NCBI GenBank assembly: GCA_003139775.1
Contig: PLGI01000198.1
Span: forward strand, 964 to 64,963
Direction of reading: 5' to 3'
DNA length: 64,000 nt
Source of the DNA: Syntrophaceae bacterium
GTDB lineage: Bacteria; Desulfobacterota; Syntrophia; Syntrophales; Smithellaceae
The position numbers and the translations under genes were made by a program. A model generated the notes under the pieces. It saw only the letters and a list, made by a program, of their open reading frames with translations, had not been told where the DNA came from and did no database searches. This document shows positions 25,636 to 37,463 of the stretch, in pieces. Position 1 is the stretch's first letter; the number at the start of each line of letters is the position of its first letter.

Positions 25636-26787
25636 TCAGTCAGCCTGGCGGCGTAAAAATGTCGGAATCTGTATATCTATGTTTTCAGTTTCACCGTTGA
25701 TGCCCATAGCCGCTACATTAGCATGGCTGTTTGTTTTTTCTCGGCGCATGAAAGTAGGCGTCGATAAATCTTCCCGCCGGTAACCGCCTAAATGTGTAAC
25801 ATTTCCCAGTGACTCCTTTTTCTTCATAAAATCATCAAAGCCCGTGGCAATGACAGTGATGCGGATTTCATCATGCATATTTTGATCGATGACTGTACCG
25901 AAGATAATATTAGCATCGTCATCCGCTTCCTCCTGAATCAATGATGAAGCTTCATTAACTTCATAAAGACTCATATCCGGTCCGCCGGTGATGTTGAGCA
26001 GAATTCCGTGCGCGCCCTGGATAGTGTTGTCTTCCAGAAGAGGAGATGAAATAGCTCTCTGCGCCGCTTCTACCGCCCGGTTTTCACCGCTCGCCACGCC
26101 GGTACCCATGATGGCCATACCCATATTGCTCATGACACTCCTGACATCGGCGAAATCAAGATTAATCAGTCCCGGAACTAGAATCAGATCTGATATCCCT
26201 TTGACCGCCTGATAAAGGATATCGTCCGCTTTTTTGAAAGCTTCCAAAAGCGACAAGTTGCGGCCGCCCAGACTCAAAAGCCGTTGGTTGGGAACAACAA
26301 TGAGCGTATCTACAGTTTCCCGCAGCTGGGCGATGCCTTCTTCAGCCTGGATATTACGTTTTTTGCCTTCAAACTGAAAAGGCTTGGTAACCACGGCAAT
26401 GGTCAGAATGCTGCATTCGCGGGCAATCTCCGCAATAACCGGAGTTGCGCCTGTTCCCGTTCCTCCACCCATTCCCGCAGTGATAAAGATCATGTCCGCG
26501 CCTTCCAGGTACGGCTTGATTTCATCGCGGGATTCCAAAGCCGATTGTCTGCCAATTTCAGGGTTGGAACCGGCCCCCAGACCTTTTGTTATTTGCGTAC
26601 CAATTTGAATTTTGATTGGCGAATTCGATACACCGAGCGCCTGCGCATCCGTATTTGCGTTGATGAAATCAACTCCATGCAGGGATGATGAAATCATGGT
26701 ATTGACGGCGTTTCCGCCGCCGCCACCTACGCCAATCACCTTTATTTTCGCCAAATTTTCACTGCATACCTCTGTCAATTCAAACAT
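25636..26787 (-). CDS. ftsZ: Cell division GTPase FtsZ
   Basis: [19 protein letters not shown] tubulin signature. Confidence 0.97.
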   Translation of the reverse strand: MFELTEVCSENLAKIKVIGVGGGGGNAVNTMISSSLHGVDFINANTDAQALGVSNSPIKIQIGTQITKGLGAGSNPEIGRQSALESRDEIKPYLEGADMIFITAGMGGGTGTGATPVIAEIARECSILTIAVVTKPFQFEGKKRNIQAEEGIAQLRETVDTLIVVPNQRLLSLGGRNLSLLEAFKKADDILYQAVKGISDLILVPGLINLDFADVRSVMSNMGMAIMGTGVASGENRAVEAAQRAISSPLLEDNTIQGAHGILLNITGGPDMSLYEVNEASSLIQEEADDDANIIFGTVIDQNMHDEIRITVIATGFDDFMKKKESLGNVTHLGGYRREDLSTPTFMRREKTNSHANVAAMGINGETENIDIQIPTFLRRQAD

Positions 26788-26802
26788 ATCCTCTCCTTCC
26801 TT

Positions 26803-28029
26803 TCAAAAAAATTCTGAAAACATTTTTTTTACCGTTCTTGCCACATTGCCGAATACACCTGTTGTCTTTCTGTAAATGGAATCGCCGCCTAACTGATTAT
26901 TTCCATAAATTATTAAACCAACGCCTATAGCATGCGCCGGTGAATTCACAATATCGATCAGGCCCCCGACACCAATAGGAATGCCTTTCCGCGCCGGCAT
27001 ATCAAAGATTTGTTCGGCAAGCTCACTGATACCGGGCAAAAGCGATGTCCCCCCGGTTAAAACAACTCCGGCGGCCAGTAAATCTTCGAACCCGAAACGG
27101 ACAATTTCATTGTAAGCAAGATTTAAAATTTCTTCTACTCTCGGTTCTACTATCCGTCCCAGTATCTGACGCGATACTTCGCGGTCTTCCCTGCCGCCTA
27201 AACTGGGCACCATGATTGTTTCATCCTTGGGAATCATGGAAGTCATGGCGCACCCGTATTTAATTTTAATTTTTTCCGCTTCGCCCAAAGGCGTGCGTAA
27301 ACCGGTGGAGATATCCGAAGTAAGATAGTTACCTCCGACAGGCAATATAGCCGTATGTTTGATGCTTGCTTCAGAAAAAATAGTAATTGAAGTATTGGAT
27401 CCGCCAATATCAATTAAAACCACTCCTAAATCTTTCTCATCAGCGCTTAACACCGCCTCACCGGCGGCCAATTGCTCCAGAACGATATCATCAATATCCA
27501 AACCTACCCGATTGACGGATTTTACAATGTCCTGGATGGCGGAGGTGGCTCCGGTAACAATGTGCACTTTAGCCTCCAGCCGGACGCCGGACATTCCTAT
27601 TGGATCTTTAATTCCCTCCTGACCGTCAATTACATAACTCTGGGGAAGAATGTGCATGATTTCCCTGCCTATGGGAATGGCAATGGCTTTGGACGCTTCA
27701 ACCGCTCTTTGTACATCGCCTTCATCCACTTCCCGGCCTTTAATGGAAACTATGCTCAACGAATTTTGTCCTTTAATATGGCTACCGGAAATTCCAACAT
27801 AAACCGAATTGATGCGGCATCCGGACATGTGTTCAGCTTCTTCCACCGCCGTTTTTATTGATTCCACCATGCTGTCGATATTGACAACTGTCCCTTTTCT
27901 AATTTCTTTGGTCAGAGATGTCCCGATGCCAATTATGTCAATGCCGGTTTCAGTAACCTCACCGACAATAGCCGTGGTTTTTGTCGTTCCGATATCGAGC
28001 CCAACTAACACATTGCTTCTTTTTTTCAT
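26803..28029 (-). CDS. ftsA: Cell division protein FtsA
   Basis: Actin-like ATPase, LVGLDIGTTKTTAIVGE; dcw context. Confidence 0.95.
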   Translation of the reverse strand: MKKRSNVLVGLDIGTTKTTAIVGEVTETGIDIIGIGTSLTKEIRKGTVVNIDSMVESIKTAVEEAEHMSGCRINSVYVGISGSHIKGQNSLSIVSIKGREVDEGDVQRAVEASKAIAIPIGREIMHILPQSYVIDGQEGIKDPIGMSGVRLEAKVHIVTGATSAIQDIVKSVNRVGLDIDDIVLEQLAAGEAVLSADEKDLGVVLIDIGGSNTSITIFSEASIKHTAILPVGGNYLTSDISTGLRTPLGEAEKIKIKYGCAMTSMIPKDETIMVPSLGGREDREVSRQILGRIVEPRVEEILNLAYNEIVRFGFEDLLAAGVVLTGGTSLLPGISELAEQIFDMPARKGIPIGVGGLIDIVNSPAHAIGVGLIIYGNNQLGGDSIYRKTTGVFGNVARTVKKMFSEFF

Positions 28030-28077
28030 CAGCACTTTCCCCTCTTCTTAATTTTACCAGCCCGCGGGCTTTTCTTT

Positions 28078-28917
28078 TTATATCAGATACTGCTTTCCTT
28101 TATTGCCCTGCTCTATCCGCCCCGGAGCATTTTTGCGTTGTACCGTAACTTTTGATTCATCGGATAAATCAATGCATAAATAGCCGTTTTTCATTCCTCT
28201 CTGTTCCAGATCAGCCAGAACCAGAGTTAATTTCTTCAGTTTACTTTCAAAATCGCCTATGCCCAGTTTTAAGTAAAGTCCTGTATCGGAAATTAAGGAC
28301 AGTCCGAATACGTCATCGATATGAATTTCGGAAATTGTGCCTAAATAAGCATACTGGCTGGAACCGGATACAGTTTTCAATAAATTAAGCGTGCTTAAAA
28401 AAAGCGGGGACTTAGTTTTGTCTTGAGCGTTGATTCCGGTAAGTATCGGAAGATCCACTTCATCGCCTTTACCCATTTTTTTAAACACAAAACCTTCGCC
28501 ATCCATCAGATAAAAATCACTGCCCTGTTTGACTAAAGCCAACGGACTTCTTTCCTGCACTTCCAAAACAAGCTTGTTGGGCAGTTCCCTGCCAATATAA
28601 ACATTTTTCACCCATTGGTTCGCGGCAACCCGGCGTATAATCGCATCGGTATTTATGGCTAGCAGGTTTTGCGCGATCTTTATCTCCGCTGATGCCAGAA
28701 CTTCTTTTTCCGTCAGTTCCTTCAACCCGCGCACGGAAATTTCTTTTATTTCAAAATACGGTCTGCTTATAAGGACGTTGTAAGCATAAATAAACAAAGA
28801 GCTCAGCGCCGCGATGGCAATCAGTAATCCCATAGCGGCCAAAAAATCTTCCGATATATTGGTAAAACGCCTACGTATCCGGTTTTTTTTCGCTTTAAGT
28901 CCTGATCTTTTCAACAT
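28078..28917 (-). CDS. ftsQ: Cell division protein FtsQ
   Basis: 279 aa, single TM then a POTRA-like region (FEIKEISVRGLKELTEKEV). Confidence 0.85.
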   Translation of the reverse strand: MLKRSGLKAKKNRIRRRFTNISEDFLAAMGLLIAIAALSSLFIYAYNVLISRPYFEIKEISVRGLKELTEKEVLASAEIKIAQNLLAINTDAIIRRVAANQWVKNVYIGRELPNKLVLEVQERSPLALVKQGSDFYLMDGEGFVFKKMGKGDEVDLPILTGINAQDKTKSPLFLSTLNLLKTVSGSSQYAYLGTISEIHIDDVFGLSLISDTGLYLKLGIGDFESKLKKLTLVLADLEQRGMKNGYLCIDLSDESKVTVQRKNAPGRIEQGNKGKQYLI

Positions 28918-29843
28918 TAATTTTCTCCAACAATCACAACTTCCGGCTCCAGAATCACACCCTTTTCTTTTTCGGCCTTGGATTGAATAAGCGCGATGAG
29001 CTCTAGAACATCGGAAGCTGTGGCCTTTCCCCTATTGACAATAAAGTTCGCGTGTTTAGGCGATATCTGCGCGTCTCCCACATTCATCCCTTTCATCCCC
29101 ATTTCTTCAATAAGTTCCCCGGCTGCCTGCATGGGCAAATTCTTAAAAATGGAACCGGCATTAGGAAATTCCAAAGGATGTTTTTTCTGACGCCATTGCA
29201 AAATTTCACTTATTTTTTTCTTGATTTTCACCCGCTCACCTTTTTCCAGTTTAAATTGAGCTCCCAGTATTATTGTGTCGGGAGGAAACTCTGTCTTGCG
29301 GTAACCAAAAGATATTTCCTCTCTGTTCATTGTCTTCTTCCCGCCTGCGGCATCAAGTAAAAATACCGCCTTTATAACATCTTTAATTTCTTTCCCATAA
29401 GCTCCGGCATTCATCCAGACAGCGCCACCGACACTGCCGGGAATACCGGCGCAAAATTCAATCCCTGTCAGCTCGTCTGTTGCTGACCGGCTGACAACTT
29501 TTGCCAGCGCCGCGCCTGCCTGGGCGGAGATGAAATCACCGCCTCCCGGTGTATATTCGTATCTGATTTCTTTCATTCCGGTCATCAGCAAAATTGCTCC
29601 CCTGTATCCACCGTCCCGCACAATGATATTAGTCAGATTTCCTGCCGGCAAAAACTTTATTTTCTTTTCTCTAAGTTTCCTGACAACGCCAACAAGTTGA
29701 TCTTCACTTTTTATCAACACCAGAGCGCCAGCATTGCCGCCAACATTAAACGATGTATGACGCGACATCGGTTCATCATATAATATTTTCCCTGCAATTA
29801 TACTGCCCAACGCTTCTTTAATTTCATTTTTAACGGCCATCAC
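28917..29843 (-). CDS. murB: UDP-N-acetylenolpyruvoylglucosamine reductase
   Basis: 308 aa FAD-binding MurB pattern (GGNAGALVL, AGIPGSVGGAVWMNAGAYG). Confidence 0.93.
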   Translation of the reverse strand: MMAVKNEIKEALGSIIAGKILYDEPMSRHTSFNVGGNAGALVLIKSEDQLVGVVRKLREKKIKFLPAGNLTNIIVRDGGYRGAILLMTGMKEIRYEYTPGGGDFISAQAGAALAKVVSRSATDELTGIEFCAGIPGSVGGAVWMNAGAYGKEIKDVIKAVFLLDAAGGKKTMNREEISFGYRKTEFPPDTIILGAQFKLEKGERVKIKKKISEILQWRQKKHPLEFPNAGSIFKNLPMQAAGELIEEMGMKGMNVGDAQISPKHANFIVNRGKATASDVLELIALIQSKAEKEKGVILEPEVVIVGEN

Positions 29844-31252
29844 TTTTTTGTTTTCCTTGCCGTCAGTTGTTTTAAAAATTCTTCGCCAATTTTATAAATA
29901 CTACCTGCCCCCAGGGTGGCAACAGTATCTTTCGCTTTTACCGTCTTTAAGAGGTATTTTATAGTGCCTTCCGCCTGCGGAATATATTTTACATGTGGTT
30001 GCCCGGTTTGTCTGATAGCCTCGCAAAGTGCGGCGGAATTAATTCCGGCAATAGGCTCTTCACTGGCCGGATATATGTCATTGATAATCAAGATGTCGAC
30101 ATTCCTGAAAGCTTTCGTGAATTCATCAAAGAGCGCCCTTGTCCGGGTGAACCTGTGCGGCTGGAAGACTACGATCAGCCTGTCCTTCCATATTTGCCGT
30201 ATAGCGGTCAGTGTCTCTTTGATTTCTGTCGGATGATGGCCATAATCATCAACTACGGTGATATCGCCTACCCTTCCTTTAATTTCCAAACGGCGCTGTA
30301 CTCCGGAAAAGCTTTGCAGACCTTCCTTGATGGTTGCAAAATCTAAATTAAGTTCGCGGGCTACCGCTACTGCCGCTAAAGAATTATAGACGTTGAACAT
30401 CCCGGGCACAGTTAACTCAATCGTCCCCAATTTCGCCCCTTTATAAACGAGACCGTAGGTGGTTTTTCTTTTTAGAAATTTTATCTTCTGGGCGCTGTAG
30501 TCTGCAGGCAACTCAATGCCATAAGTTATCATCTTGCGTTTGATCAACGGAGTAATTTCCCGCACGTGGATATTGTCGCTGCAAATAACCGTGCAGCCGT
30601 AAAAGGGAACGATATTGGCAAATTTAAGAAACGCTTCTTTGATTTCAGTAATGCCCGGATAAAAATCCAAATGCTCGCGGTCGATGTTTGTAATGACGGC
30701 AATTGTTGGCGACAATTTTAAAAATGAGCCGTCACTTTCATCCGCTTCCGCCACAATGATTTCACCATGGCCTAATCGGGCATTGCTGCCGATGCTAGCC
30801 AGTTTTCCCCCGATGACCATCGTCGGATCTAAACCGCCCTGCGCGAGGATCGTGGAAATCATTGATGTGGTCGTGGTTTTTCCGTGGCTGCCGGAGACGG
30901 CGACAGAAAATTTCATTTTGAGAAGTTCCGCCAGCATTTCCGCCCGCGGAATTACCGGAATATTTTTCCGGTGCGCTTCTATAACTTCCGGATTATCGGG
31001 CTTTACTGCCGTGGAAGTAACAACCACATCGGCATTGCCAATATTTTCCGCCGCATGTCCTATGACTACATGCGCCCCAATCTTCTGCAATCGCGCCGTT
31101 GTCTCTGAAGGCTGAACGTCGGAACCGCCGACATGGTAACCGAGATTAACCAGAACTTCGGCAATCCCGCTCATACCAATGCCTCCAATCCCGACAAAAT
31201 GAATGCATTTTACTTTGCGTTGCATTAAGCTGTTTTTTTTATCTACTCTCAT
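29840..31252 (-). CDS. murC: UDP-N-acetylmuramate--L-alanine ligase
   Basis: IHFVGIGGIGMSGIAE, GSHGKTTTTSM. Confidence 0.95.
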   Translation of the reverse strand: MRVDKKNSLMQRKVKCIHFVGIGGIGMSGIAEVLVNLGYHVGGSDVQPSETTARLQKIGAHVVIGHAAENIGNADVVVTSTAVKPDNPEVIEAHRKNIPVIPRAEMLAELLKMKFSVAVSGSHGKTTTTSMISTILAQGGLDPTMVIGGKLASIGSNARLGHGEIIVAEADESDGSFLKLSPTIAVITNIDREHLDFYPGITEIKEAFLKFANIVPFYGCTVICSDNIHVREITPLIKRKMITYGIELPADYSAQKIKFLKRKTTYGLVYKGAKLGTIELTVPGMFNVYNSLAAVAVARELNLDFATIKEGLQSFSGVQRRLEIKGRVGDITVVDDYGHHPTEIKETLTAIRQIWKDRLIVVFQPHRFTRTRALFDEFTKAFRNVDILIINDIYPASEEPIAGINSAALCEAIRQTGQPHVKYIPQAEGTIKYLLKTVKAKDTVATLGAGSIYKIGEEFLKQLTARKTKK

Positions 31253-31294
31253 TTATCCTGCCATTTTCTTTCTATCTTTATGAACTGCATATAC

Positions 31295-32380
31295 CTAATT
31301 TTTCTCAGCCATTAATTTAATACAGTTGTCAACTATTGCTTCCGCCGCATCAATCTTGCTCAGTCTTAATGAATTTTCTTCCATCTGATGCAGCTTTTGT
31401 TCATCTCGCAATAGATTCTCAACTGCACCAAATAACTTACCGCCGCTAAGTTCCCGCTCTGAAATCATGACAGCGGCGCCTTCGGAAGCCAGAGCTTGTG
31501 CATTTTTTGATTGATGATCGTTTGCCGCCCAAGGGTACGGAATCAAAATCGCAGCCTTACCCGCCGCGGTAATTTCCGCAAGCGACGTGGCGCCGGCGCG
31601 ACAAATGATTAAATCCGCATCCGCATAAGCTCCGGCCATATCAACAATGAAAGGCGTAACTTTCGCCCGAATACCGAATTGTTCGTAAGCTTTCTTTATC
31701 TCTTCCAATTGCCGTGAACCGGTTTGATGCAAAACATGAACCTTATTTTTCATACTCTGCAATTGCGGCAATATATCGATGATGCTTTTATTGATCGCCT
31801 CCGCTCCCTGCGATCCACCGAAAATAAGCAACTGCCAATAATCTTTTTTATCTTTTGCTTTATCACGTTTCACAACAAATGCCGCCCGTACAGGATTGCC
31901 GCTTAAAATCACTTTTGTTTGCGGAAAGTATGTTCGGGTTTGCGCATATGTTACGAATATTTTATCTGCAAAATTACCCAGGATTCTGTTAGTGATACCC
32001 GGGATAGCATTTTGTTCCGCGATTGCGGTAGGTATACTCATAAAATGGGCTGTAAGCACTGCCGGACCTGAAGCGTAGCCGCCCACACCAATAACAATGT
32101 TAGGGCGAAACTGCTTCAAAATGCGCCCTGATTGCAACATGCTTAGCGGAATCTGATAAGCGCCTCTTACCAATGCCTTACCCCCTCGTCCCTTAACTCC
32201 CTCAATATCAATTTCTCTGAGTTCATAACCAAGCTGACCAAGCAATTTGCTTTCAATGCCTTTTTTCGTTCCAATAAAAATGATTCTCGTTTTATCATCT
32301 CTTCTTAAAAATTCCTCAGCGATGGCAATTCCGGGGAACAAGTGTCCGCCTGTTCCTCCTCCCGCAATTACTATGCGCAT
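31295..32380 (-). CDS. murG: Undecaprenyldiphospho-muramoylpentapeptide beta-N-acetylglucosaminyltransferase
   Basis: MRIVIAGGGTGGHLFPGIAIAEE; start trimmed to this Met. Confidence 0.93.
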   Translation of the reverse strand: MRIVIAGGGTGGHLFPGIAIAEEFLRRDDKTRIIFIGTKKGIESKLLGQLGYELREIDIEGVKGRGGKALVRGAYQIPLSMLQSGRILKQFRPNIVIGVGGYASGPAVLTAHFMSIPTAIAEQNAIPGITNRILGNFADKIFVTYAQTRTYFPQTKVILSGNPVRAAFVVKRDKAKDKKDYWQLLIFGGSQGAEAINKSIIDILPQLQSMKNKVHVLHQTGSRQLEEIKKAYEQFGIRAKVTPFIVDMAGAYADADLIICRAGATSLAEITAAGKAAILIPYPWAANDHQSKNAQALASEGAAVMISERELSGGKLFGAVENLLRDEQKLHQMEENSLRLSKIDAAEAIVDNCIKLMAEKN

Positions 32381-32456
32381 TTTTTCTTCAGACAAAATCA
32401 AACCTTTTCAACTTTTCTTTTAGCAAATAGCTAAATTTTCCTTGACATTTCATTCA

Positions 32457-33563
32457 TCACGTCTGGGTGGAAATATTCAATAAAATGCCTACAGCCGTCA
32501 TGGTCATAATAAATGCGGTCCCACCATAACTCAAAAAAGGCAGCACCAAACCCTTTAGTGGTATAAGTCCCATTACACCGGCAATATTTATGAATGCCTC
32601 CAACGCAATTACCATGGTCAATCCCGAGGCCAACAGCGTCCCGAAAAGATCCGGCGCTTTCAATGCAATCATAAAGCCGCGAAAAGCAAAAATAGCAAAC
32701 ATGACTATTACAATAGCCACTCCGATAAAGCCGCTTTCCTCGGCAATGATAGAAAGAATAAAATCAGTATGCGGCTCGGGCAAATAAAATAATTTTTGCA
32801 TGCCGTCTCCTATTCCCACGCCAAATGTTCCACCGGAACCAAAAGAGAGCAGCGATTGGATAATCTGGAAACCGGTATTGTCAGCATCTTTCCATGGATC
32901 CAAAAAAGCGGTCAAACGTGTTAACCTGTATCCTTTATAAAAAATCAACAATACTCCGACAGGAATAAAGGCTGCTATCAAAAAGAAAAGATGCTTTATC
33001 TGTGAGCCTGCTATACACAACATTAAAAGCAAAATTGTGGCGATAATTACGGCCGTTCCAAAATCAGGCTCCAGTAAAATCAGCAAAATGATAATAGAGG
33101 TAATCACTAAAGGAACCAAAATACCCTTGCTGAAATCCTTTAGCTGATGCGCCTTGCGGGTTAGTAAGTGTGCCAGGAAAATTACTATTGTAATTTTAAC
33201 CATCTCGGTTACCTGGAAAGAAAATCCTCCCAAATTCAACCAGCGCGTCGCCCCTCCGCGCTTCATTCCCAAATGCGGTATCAGCAGCATCGACAGTAAG
33301 AGGAAAGATAATAACATCCCCGGATAAGCCCATTTTCTTAATTGCATATAAGGAATCCTGGTCATAATAATCATAGAACTCAGGCCCACAAAAACAAAGA
33401 AGAGTTGTTTTTTTAAAAAATATTGGCCGTCTTTAAACTTTTCCAACGCAATAATGGAACTGGACGAATAAATCATCGCCGTGCCCACAGTCACCAAAAT
33501 CAAAGTAACTAAAAGCAAAATAATGTCCGGCAATTTATTTTCTTTTTTAACCGCAGCATCCAT
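32457..33563 (-). CDS. ftsW: SEDS-family peptidoglycan polymerase FtsW
   Basis: 368 aa polytopic protein; LPEPHTDFIL and SYGGTA motifs. Confidence 0.92.
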   Translation of the reverse strand: MDAAVKKENKLPDIILLLVTLILVTVGTAMIYSSSSIIALEKFKDGQYFLKKQLFFVFVGLSSMIIMTRIPYMQLRKWAYPGMLLSFLLLSMLLIPHLGMKRGGATRWLNLGGFSFQVTEMVKITIVIFLAHLLTRKAHQLKDFSKGILVPLVITSIIILLILLEPDFGTAVIIATILLLMLCIAGSQIKHLFFLIAAFIPVGVLLIFYKGYRLTRLTAFLDPWKDADNTGFQIIQSLLSFGSGGTFGVGIGDGMQKLFYLPEPHTDFILSIIAEESGFIGVAIVIVMFAIFAFRGFMIALKAPDLFGTLLASGLTMVIALEAFINIAGVMGLIPLKGLVLPFLSYGGTAFIMTMTAVGILLNISTQT

Positions 33564-34907
33564 TTAAAGATTCCCCACTACATCCTTAAAAAAATTGCCC
33601 CGTTCTTTATAATCGGCAAATTCATCAAAGCTGGCGCAACCAGGTGAGAGTAAAATAACATCGTCAGGCTTTGCATTTTTATAAGCGCTCTCAATAGCTT
33701 CCTGTAATTTCGCTTTTTTTAACGTCGGCATATCCTCGCCAATTAACGACGCAATACGATTGCGCGCTTCGCCAAACAAAATTACTTTTTTGGCTTTTGT
33801 AGCGAGCAATGGTTTCAGAGTTTCAAAATTACCGTCTTTATCGCGGCCACCCAAAAGTAAAATTACGGGCTGGGCAAATGTCTCCAGCGCCCGCGCAACG
33901 GAACCAACATTCGTTCCCTTGGAGTCATCGTAAAATTTGATCGAATTCTTCTCAGCAACAAATTCGATGCGATGCGATAATCCGCGAAAGGCGGCAACAG
34001 CCGCAATTATATTTTTCTGACTGCAACCACAGAAGCGCGCCGCCATTATAGCCGCCATCACGTTTTCCATATTATGCAAGCCGGGAAGATTAATAATGCT
34101 TAGAGGATATTGTTCTTCGTTCGCTCCGGGCATCCTCAGAACAATATTACTGTTCTTAATAAATATTCCTTTTTGCAGAATATTTTTCGAACTGAACCTG
34201 ACAATTTGTGCGTTAACGACCCGGGCTATTCCTTTCTGCTCCTGATCTGCGGCATTAAGAATCGCAAAATCAGCTTTTGTTTGATTAGCAAATACTCTGG
34301 TCTTGATGCGGCGATACTCCGCAAAAGACCCATGATAATTGATATGATCACAGGTGATATTCAAAAGCACAGCAATAAACGGATGGAATTTTTCTATCCA
34401 CTGGAGTTGGAAACTGCTGATTTCAGCAACGATAAAATCATCTTTCTGTGAACCCTCCACATATTCAATCAAAGGAGTGCCAATGTTCCCGCCGACAAAC
34501 GTTTTCTTTCCCGAGCTTTTCAAAATTTCACCCAACAGGGTTGTTGTTGTCGTTTTACCGTTAGTGCCGGTTACAGCAATTACCGGAACTTTTAAAAACC
34601 AGTAAGCTAGTTCGATTTCGCTGAAAACAGGTATATTCTTTTTTTGCGCGTCAACTAATAAATCATTGTAGGGAGGAACGCCGGGAGAAGGAATAACCAT
34701 GCTTGCACCCTTTAAAATACGGGTATTATAGTCGCCGATTTCCAGCCATTTTTCCTTGGCAAGCTGTTCAAACTCACACCCCCATTGATCAACCGGCTTT
34801 TCGTCCGTGACGGCTACTTTTGCGCCTTGTTTTCCTAAAAACCTGGCCACGGCAATCCCCGTTTTGCCCATACCGATTATGACTATTTTTTTACCGGTAA
34901 AATCCAT
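33564..34907 (-). CDS. murD: UDP-N-acetylmuramoylalanine--D-glutamate ligase
   Basis: VIIGMGKTGIAVARFL, GTNGKTTTTTL. Confidence 0.95.
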   Translation of the reverse strand: MDFTGKKIVIIGMGKTGIAVARFLGKQGAKVAVTDEKPVDQWGCEFEQLAKEKWLEIGDYNTRILKGASMVIPSPGVPPYNDLLVDAQKKNIPVFSEIELAYWFLKVPVIAVTGTNGKTTTTTLLGEILKSSGKKTFVGGNIGTPLIEYVEGSQKDDFIVAEISSFQLQWIEKFHPFIAVLLNITCDHINYHGSFAEYRRIKTRVFANQTKADFAILNAADQEQKGIARVVNAQIVRFSSKNILQKGIFIKNSNIVLRMPGANEEQYPLSIINLPGLHNMENVMAAIMAARFCGCSQKNIIAAVAAFRGLSHRIEFVAEKNSIKFYDDSKGTNVGSVARALETFAQPVILLLGGRDKDGNFETLKPLLATKAKKVILFGEARNRIASLIGEDMPTLKKAKLQEAIESAYKNAKPDDVILLSPGCASFDEFADYKERGNFFKDVVGNL

Positions 34908-34914
34908 GCTTCCT

Positions 34915-35994
34915 CTAACGTAACTTCAATGTACTCATGGCCATTAAGGCTAATAAAATAGAAATGATCCAAAACCGTACAATTACTTTCGGCTCCGCCC
35001 ATCCCTTCAATTCGAAATGATGATGCAGAGGCGCCATCCGGAGAATGCGTTTCCCGTCAGTTAGTTTGAAATAACCAACTTGAAAAATAACCGAAAATGT
35101 TTCCACAACAAATATGCCGCCGACGATAGCCAGTAATATTTCCTGTTTGGTTATAATCGCCATCGTGCCTAACGCTCCACCAAGCGAAAGGGAGCCGACA
35201 TCTCCCATAAAAATTTCCGCAGGATAAGCATTAAACCAAAGAAAGCCAAGGCCTGCCCCCACAAGAGCTCCACAGAATACTGCCAATTCACCGGCGCCGG
35301 AAACGTAGACAATCTGCAAATACTTAGCGACTTTCACATTTCCGGCAAAGTAGGCAAAAAGCAGATAGGTGGCAAAACAGATAATTATGGGGCCGATAGC
35401 CAGACCATCCAAGCCATCTGTCAAATTTACGGCATTGGCTGCACCCACGATGATAAATGTGGAAAGCAGGATATATCCCCAACCAAGGTTAGGCAATATC
35501 GTTTTAAAAAAAGGAACTATTATTTGCGAGTTGAAACCGGGTTTCAAGTAAAGAATTATACTGACAAACAGAGCGATCATGATTTCCGCGACCAGCCTTG
35601 TTTTACCGGAGATGCCCTTGGAACTCTTACCGGCAAGTTTACGGTAATCGTCAATAAATCCAATCAATCCATAACCTATTGTCACCAACATTATCAACCA
35701 GACATAAATAGCAGAAAGATTTGCCCAAAGCAGTGTAGAGATCACCACGGCAAAGATGACTAATATCCCTCCCATCGTGGGGGTGCCTTTCTTGATCAAA
35801 TGGCTTTGCGGCCCGTCTTCTCTGATCTGCTGACTGATTTGCATATCTTGCAGTTTCCGAATCATCCATGGGCCGACGACCAGACAAATCAAAAGCGCGG
35901 TGATTGACGCAAAAATCGTCCGAAAAGTGATATAACGAAATACGTTAAAAAATGAAAACGTGGTATGCAAAGGATATAATAAATAGTAAATCAA
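34915..35994 (-). CDS. mraY: Phospho-N-acetylmuramoyl-pentapeptide transferase
   Basis: [27 protein letters not shown] motifs. Confidence 0.96.
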   Translation of the reverse strand: MIYYLLYPLHTTFSFFNVFRYITFRTIFASITALLICLVVGPWMIRKLQDMQISQQIREDGPQSHLIKKGTPTMGGILVIFAVVISTLLWANLSAIYVWLIMLVTIGYGLIGFIDDYRKLAGKSSKGISGKTRLVAEIMIALFVSIILYLKPGFNSQIIVPFFKTILPNLGWGYILLSTFIIVGAANAVNLTDGLDGLAIGPIIICFATYLLFAYFAGNVKVAKYLQIVYVSGAGELAVFCGALVGAGLGFLWFNAYPAEIFMGDVGSLSLGGALGTMAIITKQEILLAIVGGIFVVETFSVIFQVGYFKLTDGKRILRMAPLHHHFELKGWAEPKVIVRFWIISILLALMAMSTLKLR

Positions 35995-35996
35995 TT

Positions 35997-37463
35997 CTAA
36001 TTCACTCCTGAATAATGAATCGTTTTATTATTTCCATTAATTTCATCACTGCCAAAATCATCACATATTTTAGCCGCAATTTTTTCCATCTTCATTCGGC
36101 GTGAACCTTTCACTAAAATCCAATCTCCTTTTTTTAAATGTTCCTTTAAGTAAGTAATGCCTTTTTCTTTATCAGACAAAAAGAAAATATTTTGGGGCGA
36201 CAGGCCCCCTTCCGCCGCGCCGGTAGCTGTAATAGCAGAAAAATCCCCCTGAAGAAAAAGAGTGTTGACGCCAATAGTCGCTATCAACATTCCAATTTTT
36301 CGATGCATTTCGTCAGCTTCTTCTCCCAACTCCAACATGTCGCCTAAAAACACGTAACCATTATGGTGGGCCTTTAAATCTTTCAAGGTCAGCAGGGCTT
36401 CCCGCACCGAAGCAGGGTTGGCGTTGTACGAATCATCCAAAAGAAAAGCGCCGTTATGCAACCGGATCATTTCCATGCGTCCACTAAACGGCCGGAACGC
36501 CGCCAAACCTTCCGCTATCGTCTTGAGGTCTATGCCCACAGCAAAAGCCGTGGCTGCTGCCGCCATAGCATCATAGACATGATGAAGACCGGCAATTTTC
36601 ATCTCCACTTTTTGTATGCTGCCGCGGACGATTAAATTAAAGCGCACTCCCTTGACACCATTTCTTTCTATATCTTTTACAGTGACATCGGCATTAGGAC
36701 TCATGCTGAAAGTAATTCTCCGGCCATTCCATCTTTCGGCAGCAGTTGTAATGGCCTCATCGTCAAGATTAATGATAGCAATGCCTGAAGATGACATATT
36801 AAGAAACAAATCATTTTTTTCTTCCCTAACAACATCTAGGGAACCAAATCCGGCCAGATGCGCCGGACCGACGTTCGTAATCAAGCCGATATCCGGCACT
36901 GCAATTTGCGTGAGTCTCTTTATTTCCCCCCTAGTATTCGTGCCCATCTCCAAAATCACCAATTCATGTTCCCCGGTAAGGCGAAATATCGTCTGTGGCA
37001 AACCAATCAGATTATTTAAATTTCCCTCCGTTTTTAGAATATTTTTCCCCCGGGCGATGATTACCGCCATCATTTCTTTAGTTGTCGTCTTCCCCGAAGA
37101 ACCCGTTAATCCAATCACAGGAATAGAAAACCGTTTCCTCCACTCATGAGCTAAATCTCCCAGCGCAAGTAATGTATCGGCAACCTTAATCACGGCAACA
37201 GTTTTATCCACCGGGGTTTGATTAATTTTGGCCTCATCCTGCACCAAAACGCCTGCGGCACCTTGTTCTAAAGCTTTCCGCACAAAATCATGGCCGTCAA
37301 ATTTTTCACCTTTCAAGGCGATGAAGAGATTCCCTTTGAATACCTGCCGCGAATCAGTGGATATTCCATAAAATGTATTCTCCGGTTTTCCGGAAACTAA
37401 AATTCCGGCAGTTGCCTTTAATACATTTTCTAATGAAAATATTGGCGAATCATTATTTATCAA
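35997..37463 (-). CDS. murF: UDP-N-acetylmuramoyl-tripeptide--D-alanyl-D-alanine ligase
   Basis: [14 protein letters not shown]; dcw position. Confidence 0.93.
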   Translation of the reverse strand: MINNDSPIFSLENVLKATAGILVSGKPENTFYGISTDSRQVFKGNLFIALKGEKFDGHDFVRKALEQGAAGVLVQDEAKINQTPVDKTVAVIKVADTLLALGDLAHEWRKRFSIPVIGLTGSSGKTTTKEMMAVIIARGKNILKTEGNLNNLIGLPQTIFRLTGEHELVILEMGTNTRGEIKRLTQIAVPDIGLITNVGPAHLAGFGSLDVVREEKNDLFLNMSSSGIAIINLDDEAITTAAERWNGRRITFSMSPNADVTVKDIERNGVKGVRFNLIVRGSIQKVEMKIAGLHHVYDAMAAAATAFAVGIDLKTIAEGLAAFRPFSGRMEMIRLHNGAFLLDDSYNANPASVREALLTLKDLKAHHNGYVFLGDMLELGEEADEMHRKIGMLIATIGVNTLFLQGDFSAITATGAAEGGLSPQNIFFLSDKEKGITYLKEHLKKGDWILVKGSRRMKMEKIAAKICDDFGSDEINGNNKTIHYSGVN